33,849 nucleotides of DNA from Octopus sinensis (taxonomy: Eukaryota), in the NCBI RefSeq assembly GCF_006345805.1, contig NW_021831945.1:1-33849 (forward strand). The letters are read 5' to 3'. Position numbers and translations under genes: made by a program. The notes beneath the pieces are model-generated. The model saw only the letters and a program-made list of their open reading frames with translations. It did not search any database and was not told the DNA's origin. This document shows, one piece after another, positions 11,156 to 23,480 of the stretch. How positions within the stretch are numbered: position 1 is the first letter of the stretch; the number at the start of each line of letters is the position of its first letter.

Positions 11156-12690
11156 ATGAAGTTTATATCGAAAAATATGGGCATGCTTTTAAGATGGCTG
11201 CATGGAGGAGTAATGGGCGAACGAACCACAGCGAGCATAAGTGCGTTGTTTCCAGCAGTGAAGAGCGCCCTAGAATGCGGTTTACGTTGGACTACACTGA
11301 AAGATTTGGGAATGGTGGCCAAGATTTTGTGCAAATGCATTACGTATGCACGTGTATATATGTATTTAAATGTGTGGGCGTTGATTGTATGAGAGATTTC
11401 AAATGAGATAGTGCAAATACGTATGTGCGTATTAAAAATGGAGATTTATGTTTGTGTGTGTACGTCTTTGTGCATGTGTCTGTGTCTGTGTGTGTGTGTG
11501 TGTGTGTGTGACAGCGAAAGGGCAGAAACGATGAATCGTTTAGGGTGTTTAATGATATAATTGCATAATAGCGTATAAGTGCGCTTTTCACATAATACAA
11601 TGGAGTGATATTGACATAGAAAACGTAATTGGATAATGGGATGGAGGTGATATTGACGCGATATGAAGTAAACCTAATAGCTAAGAAAGGAAGACAGATC
11701 AACAACCTACCTACTTTCCCACCTACCTACATCCTTTCCAACCTACCCTGCACACTCGCCGTCTTTAGTCTTTACTTTAGTTGAAGGCTCGGCTCAAATG
11801 GAAAGTACCAGAAAAACTATAAATATGGATAAAAATGACAAATGACAGTGTTTCCTTTTCTTTTTCCTTTTCCTCTTCTTTTTGTTTTTGTTTTCGATTC
11901 TGGCGTAGAGATTATATTTAGAAAGTGTATTTGGTAAAATGTCACCAGGAACTGTTAATCATTTTATTTATTATATTTTGTTTTATTTTTTATTTTATTT
12001 ATTGTTATGGCCATCTAAGAAATTATGGGAGAATCCTGTTGAGCTGAAGATTTATGTTTTTCGCCTCTTAATGCGTCTTGGATTTCAATAAATTAGACGA
12101 AGAGAGATTTCTTTAGATAGCTTGATGTAGTTTGTCCAGGTAGACAGCAGGATGCTGACTGCCAAGTAAAACATTACGCGCGGATTTGTGTACGTGTGTG
12201 TGCTTATGTAGAAGCGTATGCTTGTATTTGTGTTTGTGTGCGCTTGCGTCTGTGTACGTGTGTGAGTGTGTGTGTGTGAGCGTGTGTGAATCTATTTGAG
12301 TGTGTGTATAATGGAGCCGCTTAATGCTTCTATACATATACACTCATACACATCCAAGCTATATATATCCTATTCGTAACTATATCCATATATACGCATG
12401 CACACATATATACACGAATGATTATATATATGTGTGTGTGTGTACGCGTATATATAGATATATTTATATGTAAGTGTACATGACTGAGTGAATGTATCTG
12501 CGTGTGTATATCGATAAGTGTATAAATGTTTGTGTCTATGCGTGTGTATGTATCATTTTAGGAACATACGTGTGTGTGTGTGTGTGTACATTAAGAGAGA
12601 GAGAATTTACATTTTAGCGTGTGTAGATACAAGGATGTGTCTGTATAAATCAGTGCATATGTGTGGGAGTATATATCTGGAAGTATTAGC

Positions 12691-12870
12691 ACATTATTCA
12701 CATTATTTACATTATTTACATTTGACGGATATTTGTCTTCATCTTGTTTGTTGTTAACACAACGTTTCGGTTGATATACCCTCCAGCCTTCATCAGGTGG
12801 CTTGGGGAAATTTCGAACCTGGGTTATCATTCCTAAGGTATTTTTCGATGTTATTATTATTATTATTATT
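12691..12870 (-). mobile_element. PLE-like 3' end with minimal HHR (family P3)
   Basis: Minus strand (aat)n-catcgaaaaatacc...HHR...caaatgtaaataatgtaaataatgtgaataatgt, ending in a short tandem tail. Confidence 0.6.
12756..12801 (-). ncRNA. Minimal PLE-type hammerhead ribozyme (loopless palindromic stem III)
   Basis: Minus strand gccac-CTGATGA-a-ggctg(gagggtatat)caacc-GAAAC-GTT-gtgtt; one mismatch each in stems I and II. Confidence 0.55.
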
Positions 12871-12882
12871 CTTATTATTATT

Positions 12883-12961
12883 GAGTAAGAGCGCAGTACA
12901 TGCCATCAAAGTGACACTGGGGTAAAATATACGAAGCCCAGTATACCCATCATGACTACCC
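12883..12961 (-). mobile_element. 3' fragment of family D
   Basis: catgccatcaaagtgacactggggtaaaatatacgaagccc.gtatacccatcatgactaccc is shared with 8747-8807. Confidence 0.85.
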
Positions 12962-13281
12962 TTGATTTCATGTTAATAAAAATAGGAAAATATCCTAATA
13001 TCTTAACAATTTTTCAAACCGGTCACATGGATGAAAGGAGTTCGCCTCCATTATAAGGATGTATATAAGGACGAACTTTCTGGAGATCATAATATACAAA
13101 GAATGAGTTTACATTCATACTTAAACCCCAGTGGGTCTTTGTATTATTCAAAATTATTCCATTACTGTTGATTTAAGTTGTGTTATGCATAAAAACAACA
13201 CACATATATAGCTATATTATATGTGTGTGTGTGTGTGTGTAAATATATCTCAGCATGGCCCCGCTCTGAGCTGAAACTACA

Positions 13282-13322
<41 letters not shown>

Positions 13323-13489
13323 TAATATATATATATATATATATACAGCAATAAGATTCAAGTTAATTTAAATGAATTTACTTGAATATGGTACCTACTT
13401 AGATGCACCAAAAAAAAAACTATACTGTTTTAAACAATACAGTAATGTGGGTGATTATAAGCGAGAAAGAAGCACAAGAATGGATAGGT

Positions 13490-13579
13490 TTTTAGTACAA
13501 TCGTTTCATACAAGGACAGCTTTATTAAAAGTTGTAAAAATTACAGCATATAAACGTGTCCCGTACTCATCAGCTAAAA
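13490..13579 (-). ncRNA. Type I hammerhead ribozyme (inverted twin of 14838-14929)
   Basis: Reverse complement of ttttag-CTGATGA-gtacgggaca...tgtccttgtat-GAAAC-gatt-GTA-ctaaaa. Confidence 0.7.
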
Positions 13580-14837
13580 TACATGTGAGTTCTCTAGACA
13601 TCCTAGTGGTTGAGACTATACTCATGAAGTAATGTAGATAATTAAGTAACACAAACAGATTTCCAAAGTTCATTAAAGTTCTTTAAAGATGATGTACAGT
13701 CTTATCACAGAATTTTTAAAAAGTTCTAATAGCATCACAGAGAAGGTGACCTAATCCATAGAGCACCTATGCAATTCCAGAGATATGATGAGGGATTACA
13801 TACTCACAGAAGACAAATTTATCCATTGTTAATCACAACGAGGTGGGTCTCAATTCCTGCTTATTAGCATTACAGAGAGGGTGAATTAATCCTTTGTATA
13901 GATGCACAATTTCCAATGGTGTAGATGTAAGTTTCCAGAGAAACGAAGAGGAATTTCATATTCACAGGCGATAAATTTATCAATGGTTGAACACAATGAG
14001 GTAGGTATCAGCAATAAATTAGCTGTTTTACTGGCCAAAGAATAATATTCTCCTCTAGTTCCTAGATGCCTGTAACTTAAAACCAGACTTGCCGTCTACT
14101 AATTCGTCTGTATAACTAGAACCCCCTTTTTATTTTATTTTTTTCCCTTCTTTCCCTATTCTTTCTCTTTTCTCTTTTTCTGTTTCTTCTTCTTATTCTC
14201 TTCTTCCTTTTCTCTTCTCTTTTAGTCCCCTCCCCCCCTTTTTTTTTTGCTCCCTCCCCCTTATTTTCTCTCTTTTCTCCTATTTCCTTCTCTTTCTATT
14301 CTTTGCCTCTCTAGAAAGCCCTTCAGCCTTTAAAAGTTAAATAGCTACGGCCTCTTGTAAATAGCAGTAATGTGATTATGTGGCAAATACCTAATCATAT
14401 AACAAGAACTGATACCTACCTCATTGTGTTCAAACCATTGATAATTTATCGCCTGTGAATATGAAATTCCTCTTCGTTTCTCTGGAAACTTACATCTACA
14501 CCATTGGAAATTGTGCATCTATACAAAGGATTAATTCACCCTCTCTGTAATGCTAATAAGCAGGAATTGAGACCCACCTCGTTGTGATTAACAATGGATA
14601 AATTTGTCTTCTGTGAGTATGTAATCCCTCATCATATCTCTGGAATTTCATATGTGTTCTATGGATTAGGTCACCTTCTCTGTGATGCTATTAGAACTTT
14701 TTTAAAATTCTGTGATAAGACTGTACATCATCTTTAAAGAACTTTAATGAACTTTGGAAATCTGTTTGTGTTACTTATTATCTACATTACTTCATGAGTA
14801 TAGCCTCAACCACTAGGATGTCTAGAGATCACATGTA

Positions 14838-14929
14838 TTTTAGCTGATGAGTACGGGACACGTTTATATGCTGTAATTTTTTACAACTTTTAATAAAGCC
14901 TGTCCTTGTATGAAACGATTGTACTAAAA
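14838..14929 (+). ncRNA. Type I hammerhead ribozyme, long stem II
   Basis: ttttag-CTGATGA(14844-14850)-gtacgggaca...tgtccttgtat-GAAA(14912-14915)-c(gatt)g-TA(14923)-ctaaaa. Stem I 6/6; stem II ~10 bp with one bulge and G-U pairs. Confidence 0.75.
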
Positions 14930-15408
14930 ACCTATCCATTCTTGTTGCTTCTTTCTCGCGTATATAATATATATATATATATATATATCTATATATATAT
15001 ATATTATATATATTATATATATACATACTATTATATATGTATATATATTATAGATATCATATATATATATATATATAATATATATATATGATATATGTAT
15101 ATGTATGTGTGTGTGAATGTGTGTATTTATATATTTATATAATAATCATATTGTGTGTGTGCAGTTGTGTAACAGAAACTCAATCAACTCGTGATTCCTA
15201 TTACTGGTGAATGATCACGAGAGTCGTGATGAGTCGTGTATTGAATCCGAACCCAGGTATTAAATCATCTGCTTGCATCATACAGCCTATATAATTATAT
15301 AATTTATGAAACTTGCACATCACATACAAAAATACATGCATATATGCATGCATATACATACTTCGCCATATTTGCATATATATATATGTGTGTGCTTGTG
15401 TGTGTGTA

Positions 15409-15444
<36 letters not shown>

Positions 15445-18004
15445 CGTATTTGTGTTGTGTGTTTTGTGGCGATTGCTAACACACAAGGCAGAACATTGAA
15501 CAAAGGCAAAATGCTAAGAACATGAAATTGCTCCTTTCTGCTTGATATGCAACACGTCAGCAGTTAAAACGCTGGCTATTGTTTGCCAATTAATAGATCT
15601 AAGTGCTACTACCACCACCACTACAACCAACACCACCACCACTACCACTACCACTACTAATACTATTTGTGTTGGTGTTGTTGTTATTGCTACTGCTGTG
15701 GCCGCCGTTGTTCTTCCTCGTTCCGTCATGTATTTTATTCTTAGTCAGGAACCGATCGTTTCCAGCATTGACATAAAATCAAAGGATTAGTGAGAAAATT
15801 GAAAGAAAACAGAATAATAGAAAGATTTTATTTATTAATAATCATCACCATCATTACTATTACTATATTATTATTATTATTATTATTATTAATTTGGACG
15901 TGTTTCTTTTTCTTTTGTTTTCGGATGAATGCAGTTGTCTACCCTAGTGTAAAATGGCGTTGTACAAAAGCGAAAAGAAAATAGTTATTTACTTCAATCA
16001 ATCGTGCTGATGAAGCAAATATTGAGCATTAATCGATATAAAAACATGTCACGCTTGTCTTAAAGTACATTAGCATTGTTTTTGTCTCAGTTTATGTTGC
16101 TTTATTTATTTCGTTTGTTGCTTTTTACTGTTGTATTGTTGTCCGTTTTGTTCTGGTGGTGGTTGCGGTGCAGATAGTAAAACTCCGTTGCTGAAAATAC
16201 ACTTTCTATATTCAAGAAGAGGGAGACTGTTCAGGGTGGGTTGGAAGAATGGGTAGAACACCTGTGATATTTATTTCTTTTTCCCTATGCACTGAGATCA
16301 AATCCTATCGATCTCAACTTTGCCTTTTTTTTGTATCTTTTAATAATTTTGGAATCAATAAATATAATTTTACCAATAGAATCCAGTCTTCTCGCTCATC
16401 CTGTCTCTTTTTCATCTTCGTCGGACGCCATAAATGTTTTACTTGCGAGAAAGAACGATAAGGGTTTGGAGAAGGGTTCGGTGAAGGGTCAAGCGAAAAG
16501 TATTAATGAATAGTTAATGGACAGTGATGATGAGGGAGAAGGGTTTTGAGGCTCTGTTATATCAAAGGAAATTAAACGAGGTAAGATGGAAATGCAATGA
16601 GCCTGTGACTGGCTTTGTTTGATATATTTTAGCTTTAGATGTTTTTTACAGGTTTCGTAACAGCTGGATCTAAGAAATGAGGAGGGCCTTCACCGTGATC
16701 TCTCGATTTTTTTTAGATATAGCAGGCAAACCTCACTCAAATAATACCTGACCTCTTAAATATTGGAACCAAATGCCCTCAGATGAGATCCTGTCGTTTT
16801 TAAAAATATGCACACTTTAGAAAATGTTAACGTAAAGACTCATAGGGATGGTCATAACTAGAACGCCTTCGGTCGTAGGTTTGTTCGATCAGGGTTGATT
16901 GATCAAGAAAAGTCATTAAAATGCAAATAAAAAATAAAGAAACGAAAAGTTATTCAGCACAACAGTTTACATTATACCGAATATTTTTATGTTTAAGAGT
17001 TAAAACTATTTTATCCAGAGACTTTATATATTAAGGAATAAATCCACACAAATACAATAGTTACAGAACCACAAGAGAAATGCTACAGCCAAGATATCGT
17101 GGTTATATTCAACGCAACGGAACGGAACATCGGTAATCTGGGAATTAAAGGGGATCTTCTAATTTATAAACTGAATGCTACCGTTGGCATTAGACGCAAA
17201 CTTCACGACGTGGATGAGCTAATATAACAATACTCGACTGAGAATACCTCACCAATGCTCCCATTTATTTCAGAAAATGACACCAGTTTTTCACCGTCCT
17301 TCGTATTTGTTTTCGTTAATAAAGGATTTTTAACACCGAAATATAAAAAAAGATATTAGCTAAAGTTACCATTGTTTTCTCTTCATAAATTCTGATTTTA
17401 ATCCGTGTTTCCAATTTGTGTTGAGCTGGTTTTAAAACTAAACTTAACGAACCTATCAGACCATGATTCGTTCTGACAATACCACCTCCCTCAAATTCTC
17501 CATTCCTAGTCTTAAGTTGAATTGACAGTTAAAATGCTAAATGCATTTCCTACAAATGTCCACAACACATTGCTTGTAACCAAACACGATCTGCAGCGCT
17601 GTCGGTTTGTCTTGTAATTTGTTACCTGACAGAAACGCTTGCATTGTTCTAATTTGTTGTTTTCTAGACGAATGTTTTCCCGAAACAAGCAAGAAGCTTG
17701 TGATCAAAGAACGTCCCGACATTGGCCAAATTGCCATGGTATTTAAGTGTATAACACTGTCGAAGATATTATACACTTTAAGGCAGTAGCGTTCAAATAC
17801 ATATAACACTTTTTTCTTTGATATTGTTTTGGGGGGGATTTTTTTGTGTTATTTCCTATTTGTTTCTATCTAGGAATCAAAGGAAACGACTTTTATCCCC
17901 TTCAAACTTTGATTTTGTCACCTGGGCATCAATATTTTGTAACTGACCTATTTTCCATTACATTTCAGATAGATTCAGCGCCGAGTTGCTGAAGCAGATA
18001 TATC

Positions 18005-18170
18005 GTTATAGCAAATATTCTGCTCAATACCACAGATTTGCTTGTCAGTTGCTTGACCTTAAGCACGTCCCTTAGCGACTGACAATATGTGTACCTCTGA
18101 CGATGAGCAAGAGTAGAGTTGGGGAACATCATAGCCATGTGTAGAGAGGGATTATTTGGGGTTTAAATAA
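18005..18170 (+). mobile_element. Internal/5' fragment of family D
   Basis: gcaaatattctgctcaataccacagatttgcttgtcagttgcttgacctta is the reverse complement of ~9120-9170. Confidence 0.8.
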
Positions 18171-18799
18171 TCTTAACAAAAGCAAAAATTGAAGGAAATA
18201 TTAACCATTTCTCATACTCTCTAGAGGTAAGCAAAAAAGAAATAAAAGCTGCAACCCAAGGACAAAAATCGTGTTACACGGTGCAGTCTGGTTGCTATTA
18301 TATACAAGATAAGCGACTGACTGAAATATTCCCTACTATTAATGTCAGAGGCTTTGTTTATTGTCAGTGCTGTGTGTATGGCTACGTCAAGCTGTGTGTT
18401 AACGGAGAAGAGAAGAAAAAAATACAGTTTATAATTACATGGAAGTGATATGCCACGAAATGGGGAGTAAATGATGGCAGAAAGGAATATAATCAGGCAT
18501 TTATCCAGAGATCTCAGTTCGTCCTCACCTGCTGCAGGTGAGGTTTTTTCCCACCTCTTTATATTTTTGTTGTTGTTTTATATTTTAATAAGGTTCGTTT
18601 TATTTTTATTCATTAACACACAAACATGAACGCAGAAACATATACTAGGAAAGACAGACAGATACACACATTCATACAAACACAAATACTCATATATATA
18701 TGTGTATCCAAATATAAGTGTACATGCTTGTGTGTGAGTGTGTGTGTATATAGATGAATATCTATGCCTTTATATATAAGTATATATATATATATATAT

Positions 18800-18840
<41 letters not shown>

Positions 18841-19459
18841 CATATACATATATATATATATAAGCATGTATATATTTATCCACCCACTATTCTATACACT
18901 CACACACACACACACACAGATACACCTGTTCATGAATGATGTGTATCTATAGCACTATATTTGTCTAATTGAACGCTCCTATTGACACAATGTTTATCAT
19001 AACAGGTAGAAAAGAAAAAGAAAACGAAGCGAACAAACAAACAGTCGAACACAAGTACAGACCAATTTGCAAGCGGAGGGGTTGAACACTAAAACCAATA
19101 GACTGTTCCGATACAAAGCAGAGAGGGTCTTTTATTAAGATCTAATTCGATTAATTAAGAAAACCACTTGAAATACGTAAAGCTTTTAGATTTTATATTT
19201 AGTGTAATATCGCTTGGACGCCATTGTGAATCTCGCGAACACACCCAGGCAGCGTGATTACTGGGAAATACATGCATACGCGATCTACACATACACACTC
19301 ACATACATTACACACATATATACACATGCACATACACATACAATTGTTTATAGAATTATATGTATGTGTATGTGTGTGTGTATGTGTGTGTCTATGTGTG
19401 TGCAAGTGTATGTGCACGTAAGTTTATGGGTATATTAAAATAGATATGTAGGAATAGGA

Positions 19460-19491
<32 letters not shown>

Positions 19492-19508
19492 TATATATAT
19501 ATATATAT

Positions 19509-19627
19509 GCTCAGACGTGGCTGTGTGGTTAGAAGTTTGCTTCCCAACCTCATAGTTCTGGGTTCAGTCTCATCTTCCCCAAGTGTCTTCTACTATAGCC
19601 TCGGGCCGACCAACGTATTGTCAGTGG

Positions 19628-19666
<39 letters not shown>

Positions 19667-20229
19667 AAGCGCAATGGCCCAGTGGTTAGGACAGTGGACT
19701 CGCGGTCGTAGGATCGCGGTTTCAATTCCCAGACCGGGCGTTGTGAGTGTTTATTGAGCGAAAACACCTAAAATTTGCATGAGGCTCTGGCAGGGAGTGG
19801 TGGCAATCCCCGGTGTATTCTTTCGCCACAACTTTCTCTCACTCTTTCTTCTGGTGGCCAACTCGCTTAGCCAGTGGGGTGGCGTCATTCGAAAGCTAAA
19901 ACAATGCGAAGCGCATTGTGACCAGCGATGTGTAGCAACATCTGATAGCCTGGTTGGTCACGGTAATGACGGTAATATATATATATATAATATATAATAT
20001 ATATATATATGTATGTATGTATGTATATTAGTGTATGTGTTAATATTTGTGTGTTTTTTTCTGTGCTTGTCCCCCCACCATTGCTTGGTAACTGGTGTTG
20101 GTGTGATTACGTCCCCGTAATTTAGCGGTTCGTCAAAAGAGATCGATTGGATAAGTACCAGTCTTACAGTGAATAAGTTCAGGTATCGATTCCTTCGGTC
20201 AAAAGCGGTGCTCCACTATGGCCACAGTG
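19509..20229 (+). mobile_element. SINE family A split by a nested family B SINE
   Basis: 5' half 19509-19630, 3' half ~20040-20229, family B copy inside the internal microsatellite. Confidence 0.8.
19666..19975 (+). mobile_element. SINE family B
   Basis: Full-length homologue of 5336-5626. Confidence 0.9.
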
Positions 20230-20255
20230 AATATATATATATATATAAATATATG

Positions 20256-20287
<32 letters not shown>

Positions 20288-20302
20288 ATATATATACATA
20301 CA

Positions 20303-20342
<40 letters not shown>

Positions 20343-20699
20343 CATACATATATATATATATAATATATAATATATGTATGTATATAATATATATATATAT
20401 ATATATATAATATATATATATAATATATAATATATATATATATATATGCATACCTATATATATATATGTACATATTTATATATGTATGTATACCTTGCCT
20501 GTTCCCTTGCTAAGGTTCTAGGTCCATATATACCATATCCCTCTCTCAATCGATTCCTACTTTTGGTCATAACTGTGAACCCAACTAGAGGCCTTGCGGT
20601 CCTCTCTTTGATCCTCTGAATTTTACCCTTGTTTTGAAATCCAGTAAATGTCTGCAACATATTTCTAACCCATATCTGGACAGATAAGCTCTCAGTTAA

Positions 20700-21660
20700 T
20701 ATACAAACTGACCATTAATTAACCTGAATTAGCAAAATACACACTGATAATTAAGGAGGCTGTATTACTCATCAATTAATATGCAAAATTACCATTAAAT
20801 ACCCTAGATTGTCTATGAAAATACAAACTTGACACTAGGTAGCGTGGAGTGGCTATCATATAAAATTCAAACTGGCTATTAAGAGGTCTAGATTAACTAT
20901 CTATTAATACAAATTGACCATTAAGTAGCTTGGATTAAATATCACTTAAAATGTAAACCGTCCATTATATAGCCTGGATTTAATATCAGTTTTAACTACA
21001 AACTGTCCATTAAGTGGTCATATTCATCCAAAACTTCAGCAGAAGAGAGGGAATGCTTTTACCCTTGGGTAACCGACAAAATGACCATCAAGTCGCCGTG
21101 ATTAACCACGAACTTTAATAATTCTTCATTGAGCCATATGCAAACATGTATCATAGAAAGAAGTGATCATCAAAGTGCAAGATTTAGGTAATCATTATTC
21201 GTCCAACTGACCAACATTAGTCAGCCACAACAAAACATATTGACTACCAAATAAACGTAATTGATCTTCATGCTGACCATCAAATTGCATTATTAGTTAT
21301 CAGCTACAGAGCAAGCTGACCATAATGGAGCAAACTGACCACAAGTGACCTTTTCAAATAATCGCCTATACAGCAACATTAAAACCAAGTAGGCGTAGTT
21401 ATTCATGAAGCACCTAATAAAATGACCATCAAACGGCCATATTTTTCCGTCAGCGGAGCAAATATTGACCATTAATTTGCCAGAATTAGCCATCGATTAA
21501 TGATAAAACTTGTCATGAAGTGGTCTGGGTTATTCATCAACAATACAATAAAATGACCGTTAATTGGTCATAATTTGATGATAAAATGCCTGTCGAGCGG
21601 AAATTATCTATCATTTATATATTAAATTGACCAACAAGAGGCTACAATTGACCAACTATT
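20700..21660. repeat. Degenerate ~43-bp minisatellite anchored on AAA(C/T)TGACCATTAA
   Basis: Motif at ~20705, 20741, 20785, 20825, 20869, 20911, 20955 and 21000, with looser copies to ~21650. Confidence 0.7.
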
Positions 21661-22995
21661 GTCGAGATTGTTATTTTAAAAAGAAGTTTTAAGGATAATT
21701 ATGGATTAGGGCTTTCACCGAATCGTTCCAGTCTTTCCATTCAGCATCTGAAAAAAAATTTTTAATGGGTGTTTAAGAACAAACATCTAACCCACTCACC
21801 CCTTCCACCTCAATCCCGCTCTCAAAATATCGATATTTCATATTAAACAGCTATGAAATAAGAACACTTCATTGTTGGAACAGTAAAAAAAGTGAGGGCG
21901 GTTCCGTCAACAAAGTTCGGCGCCATCTTAAATATCAAACGAGAGGACTGCATAAGAGGCAACAATGTCCTAGAAAGAATCAACAATAGAAACAGAATAA
22001 ATCATAATGAGTGGCAGATGAGGATACGGGGTTAGAATTATGGAAGAGAGATTTCCTTCTCGAATCCTCTTGACTAAATTAACTATGAGGAAAATATCGC
22101 GAAGATGTCCTTTCTGGTTTTACAAAGAGAATGGTTGGAATGGAGAAAAAAACGTGGTTAACCTACAACTAGAAATGCTCGAACTGATATCACTCAATTT
22201 TGCAATTGATATTTTTGGAGTCAAATGTAAAATAGTTGAAGAAAAGTTTAAAGAATCTAAGTTGCAACAACAACCACCACTTCCGCCAACTCTTCTTTGC
22301 TATATTTTTTCCTGCCACTTTTACACAAGAATTAATTAGCCTTCTCTGTCATCAACGTCATCAGCATGGAACAACCACTCACTCAGAAAACAAAATGAAA
22401 TTCTCTTTTACAAAATACATACGACGAATTTTGACTCGCAGTTCAAGTTTCGTCTCAGACCTTCCTGAAGCAGTCAACACCTCTTCCGACTTAGCCAAGC
22501 CAACCGGATTGGTTGAGTGACACGTTAGACAAAACAGGAAATTTTTCTGTAATGAATGTGTTTATTTATTGTCTCAATCAATTTTAATTTATTGATAAAA
22601 TATTGTTGTTCTTGAAGTGACTGTAAAGGTATTTTCATTTAAATGTATAGAAATAATCGTATATCTATTGGTATATTATCTAAATAATATAATTTCCGTG
22701 TCTGGTGTTGACTATTTTTCCAGTAACATAAAGACATATTTTTATTTAGATACATTAAAATTATCGTACGTCTATTTACATATTGTCAAAATAAAATTTC
22801 GACAATAAATTGTCTGTCTGTGAGATTTTTATTCAACAGATAAGAGATGGATAAAGATTATAAGAGGGTAAGATAGTCTGGGATATCTTCATACAGAGGT
22901 TAACGAAATGTTTTCTAATGTCAAAGTTGAACACATTGCTTTCGTCTAACTTCCATCACATAGTTGGCGGTCAGTTCCCTCGTTTTGCTCTCTGT

Positions 22996-23407
22996 CTATG
23001 TATATATGTATGTATATGTGTTATGTGTTTGTATATCTGTGTCTGAGAGTGTGTATATATGTGCATGTAAATTTGTGGATGTGTATATCTATTTTTCTAT
23101 GTTTGTTTGTGTTTGTGTCTGCATACCTGTACGTATGTACGCTTATGTTTGTATACATGCGTATACTTGTGTACGTTTGTGTGTTTGTGCGCGTCTATAC
23201 TTGTGTACGTTTGTGTGTACGTCTATACGTGTGTGTGTGTTTCGTGTGTTCATATCTATGCATACTCTTGTGTATGTGTTTTGTCTGTATGCGTGTGTTT
23301 GTGTGCGTCTGTGAATATGTGTGCTTGTGTATGTGTGTCTATATCTGTATGTATTCGTGTGCGCATATTTTTGTCTGCTTGAGTGACTGTTCATATCTGT
23401 ATGTACT

Positions 23408-23439
<32 letters not shown>

Positions 23440-23480
23440 CACATCTATGTGCATGTGTACGTCTGGTTGTGTATGCTGTG
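22996..23480. repeat. Cryptic (GT/AT) simple repeat
   Basis: Degenerate alternating purine-pyrimidine tract. Confidence 0.85.

Larger units (their letters stand above)
13346..14962. mobile_element. Large asymmetric fold-back PLE-like element (family P1) with an HHR in each arm
   Basis: Inverted arms 13461-14011 and 14409-14959, ~97% identical by eye; 397-bp spacer with a pyrimidine tract; ~115-bp extension on the left only; both ends in (TA)n. Confidence 0.85.

Noticed and set aside
16006-16040. CTGATGAAGC...GAGC resembling an HHR start
   Set aside because: No GAAA or stem III follows.
20700-21660. Repeat-spacer pattern superficially like a CRISPR array
   Set aside because: Eukaryotic context, short degenerate repeat, mutually similar spacers and no cas genes.
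22040-22520. 99-aa and 94-aa plus-strand ORFs
   Set aside because: No recognisable motif; lengths are within chance expectation for this composition.
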